A DNA stretch of 64,000 nt, taken from the NCBI GenBank assembly GCA_016284265.1, contig JAEEOM010000076.1, forward strand, positions 4,522-68,521. The letters are read 5' to 3'. The stretch's first letter is position 1, and every line of letters starts with the position of its first letter. This document shows, in pieces, positions 7,693 through 17,731 of the stretch. The notes beneath the pieces were generated by a model. That model was not told where the DNA came from. It did not search any database and was given only the letters and a program-made list of their open reading frames with translations. Position numbers and translations under genes: made by a program. Source of the stretch: Bacteroidales bacterium (GTDB taxonomy: Bacteria; Bacteroidota; Bacteroidia; Bacteroidales; UBA932).

Positions 7693-9432
7693 TTATTTGA
7701 AAAAATAATAAAACCAGTAAGTGTCTCCATATCGCTGTTGCATCGTGGCGAGGGGGACGTTGGCGTTGAAATCGCGGGAGAAGTCCTCCAAGTGCGCGGC
7801 ATTGGCCGGCGTGATGAAGTCCGGGAGCTCTTCAGACGAGAATCTCGACTGGTTCCAGTCGAGCAGGAACCCTTCCTGCCAGGCTTTGGGAACAGCCGTA
7901 GTAAACCCTTCGAAAGGGCAGGTCGCCACAAAAGCGCCCAGGTCTTTTTGGAGAAGGTACCACGCGAGCAGGTAATTCAGGGCCGTGAGGTTGCCCGGAT
8001 GCTCAGACAGCAGCTGCCGGAGCGAGACATCGGCATGGTTGTAGTCGAAAATGTAGTCTTCGCCTTTGTACCGCTCGAAGCGCTTCTCGGTATATTCGTT
8101 GCGGACGAAGGGTCCGGCGGGATCTTTCAGCAGCGCGAGCTGCTCCTTCGCCCACTTCCGGTAGAACAGAGTATGGCTGAGCGATGTCAGGTATTTCCGG
8201 GCCATTTCAAAATTTTCGTTGACCAGACTGATTTCCGCCAGCAATTTGAAGACGGCAGCGCTGTTCTGGTAGTCCGGAATTACATTGAGGGCCTCGAAGC
8301 AGTGCCGTCTTGCGTTGTTCACCATACCCAACTGGTAAAAAATTTCCGCGGTGGAAAGTCCGTCGTGGTGGGGTGTGTTCTCGTTGGGCAAGAGTGTCTC
8401 GGGACCGTCCTGCAGGAAATCGAACATGTGGCTTCCCAAGTGGCCTGTCTTACAGAGCGCGAGATTGAGACAAGCGGTTTCCCCATAGGTTTTCGGGGCC
8501 TTGCGGGTAGCTTCGGTCACGATGCGGTTCCAGGCCCGCTTGCCTGCCAGGATATTGTATTTCAAGCTTTGTTCGTCGTTCCGGCTGCTGCAGAGCAAGA
8601 CAGCCGGGACGGCCAGGACGAAGAGGATACCGTAAGTGATCGGCCAGGCTGGGACAGTTCGGCCAGCGGTCCGGGATTCGGCGAAGGCGATGGCGGCCGC
8701 GGTAACCAGTGCCGCAATCCAGGGCCAGACAGGCATCAGGATGTGTACCTTGTAGTAGTTGAGTCCGTAAAAAAGCCTTCCGAGCGGATAGGGGAGAATC
8801 ATCCAGGCGACCAGCGGACAGAGCAGTGCCAACACGAGAATCGTGCCGCCGAAAACCTTGTTCCGCTCCTTGACGGCCAGGATGGCGGCAAAGACGATGG
8901 AGAAACTGCCCAGCAGCAGGTAGAGGACAGGAATCAGGACGAGTGCGACGATGCGACGGGATTTGGTCCCGGCCATGCGGGAGACCGCCAGGGCTGCGGC
9001 GAGCATGAGGGAGAAGGACGTCAGCAGGCTGACGGTCGGGAAACGGTAGCACATGACCATCCCCAGCAGGATGGAAGGAACGAAGGACAGCGAGCCGGTC
9101 AGCGCGTCCTTCCGGGAGCAGAGCAACCAGACTAGCCAGCGGATCAGGACCAGCAGCCCGGCCAGGATGAAGGCGCCGGACCAGGCTTGGTAAAAGAACT
9201 GGGTCAGGAAACGGCCGAGATAATCGGCGAATCCACCCGGACGGGTGACGATTTCCGCAAAATAAGTCAAAGTTCCCTCAAAAAGCTGCAGTTGTTCCAG
9301 GTTGAGGGTGTGAAATCCGTAAGGGACGGAAAAATAGAGCGTCACGGAAGCAAATAGCAGCAGGGAGGCTGACCAGTCTATGACTCTTTGCAGGCGGTTC
9401 ATCTCTGATGCGGTTGACAACAACATATTCAC
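7693..9432 (-). CDS. polytopic inner-membrane protein with soluble helical C-terminal half, copy B (DUF6057-like by recollection)
   Basis: 579 aa. The track start at 9432 is GTG; an ATG two codons in (9426) is an alternative. Same architecture and motifs as 4502-6211. 3-nt gap to the downstream lipoprotein gene. Confidence 0.7.
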   Translation of the reverse strand: MNMLLSTASEMNRLQRVIDWSASLLLFASVTLYFSVPYGFHTLNLEQLQLFEGTLTYFAEIVTRPGGFADYLGRFLTQFFYQAWSGAFILAGLLVLIRWLVWLLCSRKDALTGSLSFVPSILLGMVMCYRFPTVSLLTSFSLMLAAALAVSRMAGTKSRRIVALVLIPVLYLLLGSFSIVFAAILAVKERNKVFGGTILVLALLCPLVAWMILPYPLGRLFYGLNYYKVHILMPVWPWIAALVTAAAIAFAESRTAGRTVPAWPITYGILFVLAVPAVLLCSSRNDEQSLKYNILAGKRAWNRIVTEATRKAPKTYGETACLNLALCKTGHLGSHMFDFLQDGPETLLPNENTPHHDGLSTAEIFYQLGMVNNARRHCFEALNVIPDYQNSAAVFKLLAEISLVNENFEMARKYLTSLSHTLFYRKWAKEQLALLKDPAGPFVRNEYTEKRFERYKGEDYIFDYNHADVSLRQLLSEHPGNLTALNYLLAWYLLQKDLGAFVATCPFEGFTTAVPKAWQEGFLLDWNQSRFSSEELPDFITPANAAHLEDFSRDFNANVPLATMQQRYGDTYWFYYFFK

Positions 9433-9436
9433 AGTA

Positions 9437-9444
9437 CAAAAATA
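9437..9444 (-). promoter_or_regulatory. candidate Bacteroidota -7 promoter box (TATTTTTG) for the 9432->3033 gene array
   Basis: The reverse complement of 9437-9444 is TATTTTTG, matching TAnnTTTG. It lies only a few nt upstream of the GTG/ATG start, implying a very short leader. Confidence 0.3.
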
Positions 9445-9475
9445 GAAAAAGTAAGCGGATTGTTTTACACGATTT

Positions 9476-9491
9476 GAGTATTCTAATACTC
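9476..9491. promoter_or_regulatory. perfect 7-2-7 palindrome GAGTATTctAATACTC in divergent intergenic region
   Basis: Read directly from the sequence. It sits between the divergently transcribed membrane-protein array and ispE. Possible operator; no cognate regulator identified. Confidence 0.2.
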
Positions 9492-9586
9492 ATTTTGCGC
9501 AAACCGACAACAGCTGTTTATTGTTTTGTTGAAAAAAAGCCGGGGACATCCGTTGCGGAAAAGCCGATTTGCCGTACCTTTGAATT

Positions 9587-10327
9587 ATGCTATTGTATCC
9601 CAATGCAAAGATAAACCTGGGCCTCAATGTCATACGGAAGCGTTCCGACGGGTATCATGACATTGAGACCCTTTTTTATCCGGTTCCTGATCTGTGTGAT
9701 ATCCTGGAGATCGTGCATGCCGATGCGTTCCGGATGCAGGTGTACGGGGCGCAGGTCGAAGGAGAAAACCTCTGTGAAAGGGCCTGGAAGCTCATGCATG
9801 ACCGGTTCGGGATTCCTCCCGTGGCCATTCATCTTTACAAGAAGATTCCGATGGGCGCGGGCCTGGGCGGCGGTTCTTCCGATGCCGCCTTTACCCTGAA
9901 AGGGCTCAATACCTTCTTCAAGATCGACTTGCCTGACGAGGAGTTGTGTGCCCTGGCCGCTACGTTGGGCAGCGACTGTGCCTTTTTCATCTTCAACCGT
10001 CCGATGCTGGCCCGTGGCCGGGGAGAAATCCTCACGCCACTCGATTTTACCCTCGGAGACCATGTTTTGCGCATCTATCCGCAGGAAGAATTCGTTTCGA
10101 CCCGGGAAGCGTATGCGTCGCTCACGCCTCGGGAACCAGTGCGTCACATTGATTCGATCGTCAAGCTGCCGGTTGCCGCATGGCGGGGGCTGCTGGTCAA
10201 CGATTTTGAGGAGACCGTCTTTGCGCGGCACCCGCGTCTGGCGGAAGTCCGCGATGCGCTGTATGCCGGAGGCGCGCTCTATGCTGCCATGTCGGGCAGC
10301 GGATCAGCGCTGTATGCAATATACTAA
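9587..10327 (+). CDS. ispE: 4-diphosphocytidyl-2-C-methyl-D-erythritol kinase
   Basis: 246 aa. N-terminus YPNAKINLGLNVIRKRSDGYHDIETLF and GHMP-kinase motif IPMGAGLGGGSSDAA. Confidence 0.9.
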   Translation: MLLYPNAKINLGLNVIRKRSDGYHDIETLFYPVPDLCDILEIVHADAFRMQVYGAQVEGENLCERAWKLMHDRFGIPPVAIHLYKKIPMGAGLGGGSSDAAFTLKGLNTFFKIDLPDEELCALAATLGSDCAFFIFNRPMLARGRGEILTPLDFTLGDHVLRIYPQEEFVSTREAYASLTPREPVRHIDSIVKLPVAAWRGLLVNDFEETVFARHPRLAEVRDALYAGGALYAAMSGSGSALYAIY

Positions 10328-11122
10328 CAGTTGCTCGAGCGTGGCATCCTTGAGGATGATCCGTTTATCTTCGTCCAGCAAATAAAGAGAGGGAATGGCG
10401 CGGAGCCAGTAGATGGTGTCGCTCTTGAGCACCAGGTCGGGATCGTAGCCGCAGATCCAGTCGGCAGGATAATTGGGCAGATAGTCGAGCCATTCCTGCA
10501 CATTTTCGTCCGGATAGATATTGACCACCAGCAGGTCGCCTGTTCCGATCCTCGCCTGGACCGGTTGGCTTTGCGAAAGGGTTTCGGTGATTTCCTTGCA
10601 GTTGGGGCAGCCCGGGTTGCTGAAGAACAGGATCGTCCGTTTCGGTTTCCGGGCGTCGAGCGTGGCGTACAGGGTGGTGCGCCGGCCCTTGGGTGTGACA
10701 TATTCGAAGTCGTTGGCTGGCTGGCCGGGCCGGTTGAGCAGCAGGTAGGGCTTGAGCCAGGCGGCCCGCTGCTGTTGTTTTTCGGAAGCCATGGGCGAGG
10801 AGAGCTGGCGTTCCAGGACGGGCAGGTAGAGTTCTTCGTTGCGGTAGGGGCTATTGGGGTCAAGCAAGAACGACTCTTCCAAGGAGATGACGCGCTGCCA
10901 TTCGGCACTGTCGCGTTCCGCAGCGGTCAGCACGCTGTCCTGCAAGCGGAGTGCTTCTTCGGCAGGTGCTGTCAGCAGCCTTTGCACATATTGTTCAAAT
11001 TGCACGCGTTGCGTGGCCTGCGACTGGGAACCGTATTCCGAGAGAGAGGGCCCTTTCTCAGGTTTGCAGCCGGAGAGCAAGGTAAAAACGGCTGCCAGGA
11101 CAAGCAAGTGACATTTTGTCAT
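10304..11122 (-). CDS. thioredoxin-fold (TlpA-like) lipoprotein with N-terminal helical domain
   Basis: The ORF was trimmed to MTKCHLLVLAAVFTLLSGC (lipobox) at ATG 11122. CxxC in a thioredoxin context (ILFFSNPGCPNCKEI). 24-nt convergent overlap with ispE. Confidence 0.75.
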   Translation of the reverse strand: MTKCHLLVLAAVFTLLSGCKPEKGPSLSEYGSQSQATQRVQFEQYVQRLLTAPAEEALRLQDSVLTAAERDSAEWQRVISLEESFLLDPNSPYRNEELYLPVLERQLSSPMASEKQQQRAAWLKPYLLLNRPGQPANDFEYVTPKGRRTTLYATLDARKPKRTILFFSNPGCPNCKEITETLSQSQPVQARIGTGDLLVVNIYPDENVQEWLDYLPNYPADWICGYDPDLVLKSDTIYWLRAIPSLYLLDEDKRIILKDATLEQLLVYCIQR

Positions 11123-11147
11123 AATCCGGGGGTTGGCATCTAATTTG
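11115..11147 (+). promoter_or_regulatory. candidate primary-sigma promoter of groES-groEL (-33 TTTG / -7 TAATTTG)
   Basis: TTTG at 11115-11118 and TAATTTG at 11141-11147, 22 nt apart, about 49 nt upstream of the groES ATG. Near match to the Bacteroides TTTG / TAnnTTTG consensus. Confidence 0.35.
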
Positions 11148-11195
11148 CCATAAGCAGGGGCAAAAGTAATCAAAAAACGTATAAAAATAGACATC

Positions 11196-11468
11196 ATGAA
11201 CATCAAACCATTAGCAGACAGAGTGCTGATCGAGGCCAAAGAGGCTGAGACCAAGACCGCAAGCGGACTCTATATTCCGGATTCCGCCAAAGAGAAACCG
11301 CAGCAGGGAACCGTTGTCGCCGTCGGTAACGGCAAGAAGGACGAGCCCATGGAGCTGTGTGTCGGTGACACCGTTCTCTACGGCAAATACGCCGGCACCG
11401 AGATTACCGTGGACGGTAAGAATTATCTGATCATGCGCCAGAGCGACGTGGTTGCAGTTCTTAAATAA
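11196..11468 (+). CDS. groES: co-chaperonin GroES
   Basis: 90 aa: [46 protein letters not shown]... Confidence 0.97.
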   Translation: MNIKPLADRVLIEAKEAETKTASGLYIPDSAKEKPQQGTVVAVGNGKKDEPMELCVGDTVLYGKYAGTEITVDGKNYLIMRQSDVVAVLK

Positions 11469-11474
11469 AGCTAG

Positions 11475-13115
<1,641 letters not shown>

Positions 13116-13130
13116 GCGTCAGAAACGGTA

Positions 13131-13187
13131 CCCCCGGCTGACAGGGGTCTACATATCAACCTTCGTCACCAGTCGGTGGCGGAGGTT
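13131..13187. repeat. left arm of ~57-60 bp inverted repeat (genuine dnaE 3' end plus downstream hairpin)
   Basis: 13131-13187 (cccccggctgacaggggtctacatatcaaccttcgtcaccagtcggtggcggaggttt) matches the reverse complement of 17663-17722, with 3 substitutions and 2 single-base indels. Confidence 0.85.
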
Positions 13188-16100
13188 TTTTCTTTCCAGA
13201 AAATCAATCAGTTCGTAGCCGGGCGAGACGGCGATTTTTTTGGAGAAAAGCGACAGCCGGTCCTCAGCGCCGTCGTGTTCAAAGACCAGGTCGATGAAGA
13301 GGCGGGCTTTCCCCTTGTGGCGCTTGAGCTCTTTGAGCAGGACGCTCCGCAGTTCCGGCGTGGAGAGTTGCAACGGCAATTCGATGTGGAACTCCTTGAT
13401 GAAGTCGTCCTTCGTGTTGGACAACAAGGCCATTTTCAGGATCCGAAGCTCGTACATGTCGCCTTGGGTGTCATCGTCTTTTTTGCGGAAACGCTGGCGA
13501 ACGGTACACTTGACCAGCAGGGCCGCGCCGGGCTGGGTGTACTTCATGAAGTTCTCGTAGTCCTTGCTGAAGATCGAGAAGGTGTGGCTGCCGCTATAGT
13601 CCTCCAGGGTGAAGCGGCACCAGGGCTTGTTGCCGGTCTTGGTGTAGCGGACGTCACATTCCGACACCAGGCCGGCTACGAGGTATTCCTTGTTCTGCAC
13701 CGACGTGTCGGTCTGCATGGTCCGATCGATCTCGTCCAGCCGGGCGATATTGACCGTAGCGAACTGCTCAATCTCGAACTTGAAGCGGTCGAGCGGATGG
13801 GCAGACAGGTACATGCCCACGCATTCCTTCTCTTTCTTGAGGAACTCCATCTCGTTGTATTCGGGCTGCAGCGGCGGGATGGCAGGCCGCACCGGCTTGA
13901 GCTCTTCCATATCGCCGAACAGGCTCATCGACGCAGACATCGTGTCATTTTGGAACTTCTGGGCATAGCGGAGCAGGGCGTCGAGATAGACGTCGTCCTT
14001 GCTGCTGCCGGTCTCATAGAAGAATTGTGGCCGCGTAATCTCGGGGAAACTGTCGAAGGCGCCTGCATAGACCATGCATTCCATGACCTTGCGGTTGATC
14101 AACCCCAGGGGCATGCGTTCGATGAAGTCGAAAATGCCCTGGAACGGGCCGCCCCGACGGCGCTCGGCGATGACCGCGTCGATCACGCCGGCACCCACGC
14201 CCTTGATGCCGCCCATGCCGAAGCGGACGTTGCCGGCTTTGTTGACCGTGAACTCCGTGGAACTCTCGTTGACGTCGGGGCCGAGCACCTGGATCTGCCA
14301 GCGGCGGCAGTCGTCCATGATCTTGGTGATCTCGTCCATGTTGTCGAGATTGCAGCTCAGGTTGGCCGCGAAGAACTCGGCCGGATAGTGGGCTTTCAGA
14401 TAGGCGGTCTGGTAGCTGACCCAGGCGTAGCAAGTGGCGTGCGACTTGTTGAAGGCATATTCGGCGAAGGCCCGCCAGTCCTGCCAGATCTTGTTGAGCA
14501 GGGCGTCATCGTGTCCGTGGGCGCGGCCACCTTCCATGAACTTGACATAGAGTTCCTCCATGTCCTTGATCTTCTTCTTGCCCATTGCCTTGCGGAGCTT
14601 GTCGGCCTGGCCTTTGGTAAAGCCGGCCAGCTTCTGCGAGAGCAACATCACCTGCTCCTGGTACACCGTGATGCCGTAGGTGTCTTTCAGGTATTCCTCC
14701 ATCTCGGGGGTATCGTAGGTGATGGGCTTGATGCCCTGCTTGCGGTCGACGAAATCGGGAATGTAGTCCATCGGGCCCGGGCGGTACAGGGCGTTCATAG
14801 CAATCAAGTCTTCGAAGCGCTCGGGCTGGAGTTTCTGCAGCCACTCCTTCATGCCCGGCGACTCGAACTGGAAGATCGAGGTGGTGTCGCCGCGGCTGTA
14901 AAGTTCGTAAGTCAGCTTGTCGTCGATGGGGATGGCTTCGATGTCGATGTCTATGCCGTGGCCCTGCTTGATCAGGTCGAGCGTCTTGTGGATGATCGAA
15001 AGCGTGTTGAGGCCCAGGAAGTCCATCTTGAGCAGGCCGCACTCTTCGATGTAGTGGCCGTCGTACTGCGAGGTCCACACATCCTGCCCCGTATCCTTGT
15101 CTTTGGACAGGCAGATGGGGATGTAGTCGCTCAGGTTGCCGGGTCCGATGATGGTGGCGCAGGCGTGCATGCCTACCTGGCGGACGCTTCCTTCCAGCTG
15201 CTGGGCGAACGAGAGGACTTCCTTGTTGAGGTCGTTGTTCTCTTTGGCCAGTTCGTCCTTGAACTCCGGAACCAGTCGGAAGCAGTTCTTGAGGGTGATC
15301 TTGACCGATTTTTCTTCGGTCTCGCCCTTGTCGTTCTTCACCCGCTCGCTCAGGCGGTTCGGCACCATCTTCGACAGGCGGTTGCTTTCGTCGATCGACA
15401 CGTGGCTGATGCGCGCCACGTCCTTGATGGCGCCCTTGGCCAGCATGGTGCCGAAAGTGATCACGCGCGATACATGGTCGGCGCCGTAGGTGTCTTCCAC
15501 ATAGCGGTGCGCCGCTTCGAGGTTCTCGAAGTCCACGTCGATATCGGGCATCGAGATGCGCTCCGGATTGAGGAAACGCTCGAACAGGAGCTGGTATTTG
15601 ATGGGGTCGAGGTTCGTGATCCACAAGCAGTAGGCCACCACACTGCCCGCCGCTGAGCCGCGGCCTGGGCCCACGAGCCAGCCTTGGTTGCGCATGGCGC
15701 GGATGTAGTCCTGCACGATGAGGAAGTAGTCGGGGAAGCCCATCGAAGAGATGGTCTTCAGCTCGAAGTCGATGCGCTCGGCCTGCTCGTCGGTGAGGGC
15801 TTCGCCGTAGCGGATTTTTGCGCCTTCGTAAGTAAGGTGGCACAGATAGGCTACGGACTTGCAGAAGTCGTCGCCGCGGTAGTTGCCCTTCGGGTCGTTC
15901 TTGCCGGCTTCGATATAGGGTTTGTATTTCTCCAGATAGGTATCGATGTCGCGCAGGAAGGTTTCGTCGATGTGGTATTTGGGCAGGATGTAGTCGTGGT
16001 CGATCTTATAGAGTTCCACCTTGTCGGCCACTTCGAGCGTGTTGGCGATCACTTCCGGATGGTCGGGGAAAAGTGCGGCCATTTCCTCCTCGCTCTTGAG

Positions 16101-16880
16101 ATACTCCTGCTGTGTGTAGCGCAGCCGCTTGGGATCGTCCACGTCGGAGTTGGTGGTCAGGCAGATGAGGCGGTCGTGGGCCGGGCCGTCTTCCTTGCGG
16201 ATGAAATGCACGTCGTTGGTGGCCACCACCTTGACGCCCTCTTCGCGCGCCAGGTCGAAAAGGACGGGGTTGACTTCCATCTGCGCCCGGTACACGTCGT
16301 CGTCGAGGCCGGGCACTTCGGTCTTGTGCTTCATCACTTCGAGGTAGTAGTCTTCCCCGAACACGCGCTTGTGCCAGCGGAGGGCCTCCCGCGCCGCTTC
16401 CACGTTGCCGTCCAGGATGTCGCGGGGCAGCTCGCCCGCCAGGCACGCGGAGCAGCAGATCAGGTTCTCGTGATACTGCTCGATGATCTCGTGCGAGACG
16501 CGCGGCTTGTAGTACATCCCATGGATATGCCCTTCCGTGCAAATCTTCATCAGGTTCTGGTACCCTGCGTAGTTCTTGGCCAAAAGGGTCAGGTGGTAAT
16601 ACCTGCGGTGGTCGTTGTCCTTGAGCCGGTGGTCGTAGTGCCGCGTCACGTAGACTTCGCAGCCGATGATAGGCTTGACCAAGGGCTTCTTGTCCTCTCC
16701 CAGATTCGCCTTGTCGTAGGCGAACTTGAAGAACTCCTTCACGCCGTACATATTGCCGTGGTCGGTGATGGCCAGGGCAGGCATGCCCAGCTCCCGGGCG
16801 CGGGCGAATAGTTTTTCGATGTCGGACAGACCGTCGAGAATCGAATATTGCGTATGGACGTGAAGGTGTACGAAGGACAT
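13149..16880 (-). CDS. dnaE: DNA polymerase III alpha subunit
   Basis: 1243 aa. PHP domain start MSFVHLHVHTQYSILDGL, ITDHGNMYG, polymerase core and OB-fold regions. Confidence 0.97.
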   Translation of the reverse strand: MSFVHLHVHTQYSILDGLSDIEKLFARARELGMPALAITDHGNMYGVKEFFKFAYDKANLGEDKKPLVKPIIGCEVYVTRHYDHRLKDNDHRRYYHLTLLAKNYAGYQNLMKICTEGHIHGMYYKPRVSHEIIEQYHENLICCSACLAGELPRDILDGNVEAAREALRWHKRVFGEDYYLEVMKHKTEVPGLDDDVYRAQMEVNPVLFDLAREEGVKVVATNDVHFIRKEDGPAHDRLICLTTNSDVDDPKRLRYTQQEYLKSEEEMAALFPDHPEVIANTLEVADKVELYKIDHDYILPKYHIDETFLRDIDTYLEKYKPYIEAGKNDPKGNYRGDDFCKSVAYLCHLTYEGAKIRYGEALTDEQAERIDFELKTISSMGFPDYFLIVQDYIRAMRNQGWLVGPGRGSAAGSVVAYCLWITNLDPIKYQLLFERFLNPERISMPDIDVDFENLEAAHRYVEDTYGADHVSRVITFGTMLAKGAIKDVARISHVSIDESNRLSKMVPNRLSERVKNDKGETEEKSVKITLKNCFRLVPEFKDELAKENNDLNKEVLSFAQQLEGSVRQVGMHACATIIGPGNLSDYIPICLSKDKDTGQDVWTSQYDGHYIEECGLLKMDFLGLNTLSIIHKTLDLIKQGHGIDIDIEAIPIDDKLTYELYSRGDTTSIFQFESPGMKEWLQKLQPERFEDLIAMNALYRPGPMDYIPDFVDRKQGIKPITYDTPEMEEYLKDTYGITVYQEQVMLLSQKLAGFTKGQADKLRKAMGKKKIKDMEELYVKFMEGGRAHGHDDALLNKIWQDWRAFAEYAFNKSHATCYAWVSYQTAYLKAHYPAEFFAANLSCNLDNMDEITKIMDDCRRWQIQVLGPDVNESSTEFTVNKAGNVRFGMGGIKGVGAGVIDAVIAERRRGGPFQGIFDFIERMPLGLINRKVMECMVYAGAFDSFPEITRPQFFYETGSSKDDVYLDALLRYAQKFQNDTMSASMSLFGDMEELKPVRPAIPPLQPEYNEMEFLKKEKECVGMYLSAHPLDRFKFEIEQFATVNIARLDEIDRTMQTDTSVQNKEYLVAGLVSECDVRYTKTGNKPWCRFTLEDYSGSHTFSIFSKDYENFMKYTQPGAALLVKCTVRQRFRKKDDDTQGDMYELRILKMALLSNTKDDFIKEFHIELPLQLSTPELRSVLLKELKRHKGKARLFIDLVFEHDGAEDRLSLFSKKIAVSPGYELIDFLERKNLRHRLVTKVDM

Positions 16881-17028
16881 GGCGCGATGCTTTGAAAAAG
16901 GACAAGCAAGTTAAGGAAAATATCGCGAAGTAAAAAATCATAAGAGAGGCTTCCGGACAATTCAATCTATTTTGTTTTTTCATACATTCTCTCTATATTT
17001 GAAAAGATCGCAACCAATTTATTTCGAA

Positions 17029-17664
17029 ATGAAGAATAGGGTGTTTTTAGGAATCGTGTTTCTGTATTTTTTGTCGGTTGGCTGTATATCAAGGCATAGT
17101 GTTGACGATCAATACAGTTTTGACGGATTGTTCAAATTTCCATTTACGGAATGGTATGCCAGAATGGTCGACATTACAGGAGAGAAATACAAGGCGATCT
17201 ATCTCTCCAAAGATATCAAGGAAATCGACGGTCCCGTTGATAGTATCAATAGTCTTGTAATTTGGATAAATAAAAATCAGGATTATCCGGAATTATTTGT
17301 TTCCAATGATACGATTATCGCAGGTGTTGAGAGTTTCCGGGTGTCAGGAGATACAACTTTTTGCCGTCAAATCAATTCATGTCTTTCTAACGAGTACTTA
17401 ATCAATGATATCGATATAATAAATGAGACGATACAGAAGTATTCATATAGTCGCATACTTCCCAAATACCCCTATATTATTGTAGAATTTGAAACGTGGC
17501 ACAATTCTTTTCGTGTCATTCCGAATTGGGAATATTTGAATCTTGATTCAACAATAATCCACAGAGAAATGGAGCCGCTGACAGCAACGACAAAAACATA
17601 TAGGGAGCAGAACATTAAACCTATGCCACTTGTATGGATTAGGTTGAAAGAATGCTTAAAATAA
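17029..17664 (+). CDS. hypothetical lipoprotein (orphan, AT-rich)
   Basis: The ORF was trimmed to MKNRVFLGIVFLYFLSVGC (lipobox) at 17029. 211 aa, no motif I recognise. Codon composition is far more AT-rich than neighbouring genes. Confidence 0.55.
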   Translation: MKNRVFLGIVFLYFLSVGCISRHSVDDQYSFDGLFKFPFTEWYARMVDITGEKYKAIYLSKDIKEIDGPVDSINSLVIWINKNQDYPELFVSNDTIIAGVESFRVSGDTTFCRQINSCLSNEYLINDIDIINETIQKYSYSRILPKYPYIIVEFETWHNSFRVIPNWEYLNLDSTIIHREMEPLTATTKTYREQNIKPMPLVWIRLKECLK

Positions 17665-17722
17665 ACCTCCGCCACCGGATGGTGACGAAGGTTGAAATGT
17701 AGACCCCTGGTCAGGCCGGGGG
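17663..17722. repeat. right arm of inverted repeat; contains a plus-strand dnaE 3'-terminal fragment (17665-17703, NLRHRMVTKVEM*)
   Basis: The plus-strand reading aac ctc cgc cac cgg atg gtg acg aag gtt gaa atg tag mimics the true dnaE C-terminus KNLRHRLVTKVDM*. It is followed by a G9 run (17718-17726). Confidence 0.85.
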
Positions 17723-17731
17723 GGGGACGAA

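Noticed and set aside
6241-9135. Very long ORFs antisense to well-supported genes. Examples are 6241-9135 (+, 964 aa), 501-1778 (+), 11211-12809 (-), 13176-15656 (+), 41301-44405 (-), 20201-22084 (-) and 18444-19724 (+).
   Set aside because: These are typical stop-poor shadow frames of high-G+C DNA. Their translations are low-complexity (R/G/A/V/D-rich) with no motifs, while the opposite strand encodes clear groEL, dnaE, rnr, gpmI, TonB-receptor and similar proteins.
10304-10327. Short convergent or co-directional gene overlaps: ispE with the thioredoxin-like gene (24 nt), rnr with the glycosidase (20 nt), rdgB with recO (28 nt).
   Set aside because: These are common in compact bacterial genomes and have conserved-looking termini. 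They are not evidence of anything unusual.
11134-11148. A sigma-54-like -24/-12 element TGGCAT-N5-TTGC upstream of groES.
   Set aside because: The spacing fits sigma-54. However, the same bases (TAATTTG at 11141-11147, with TTTG at 11115-11118) fit the Bacteroidota primary-sigma -7/-33 consensus at the right distance from groES. No enhancer-binding protein gene is nearby. I treat it as a probable coincidence; 5' end mapping or an rpoN mutant would settle it.
11123-11195. I looked for a CIRCE (TTAGCACTC-N9-GAGTGCTAA) heat-shock operator upstream of groES.
   Set aside because: No such inverted repeat is present in the 73-nt spacer.
17718-17726. A G9 homopolymer considered as a slipped-strand phase-variation tract.
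   Set aside because: It is intergenic, between the dnaE-fragment repeat and the hicB stop. It does not lie in a promoter spacer or a coding region, so length changes would have no obvious consequence. It corresponds to the C5 run in the other repeat arm.
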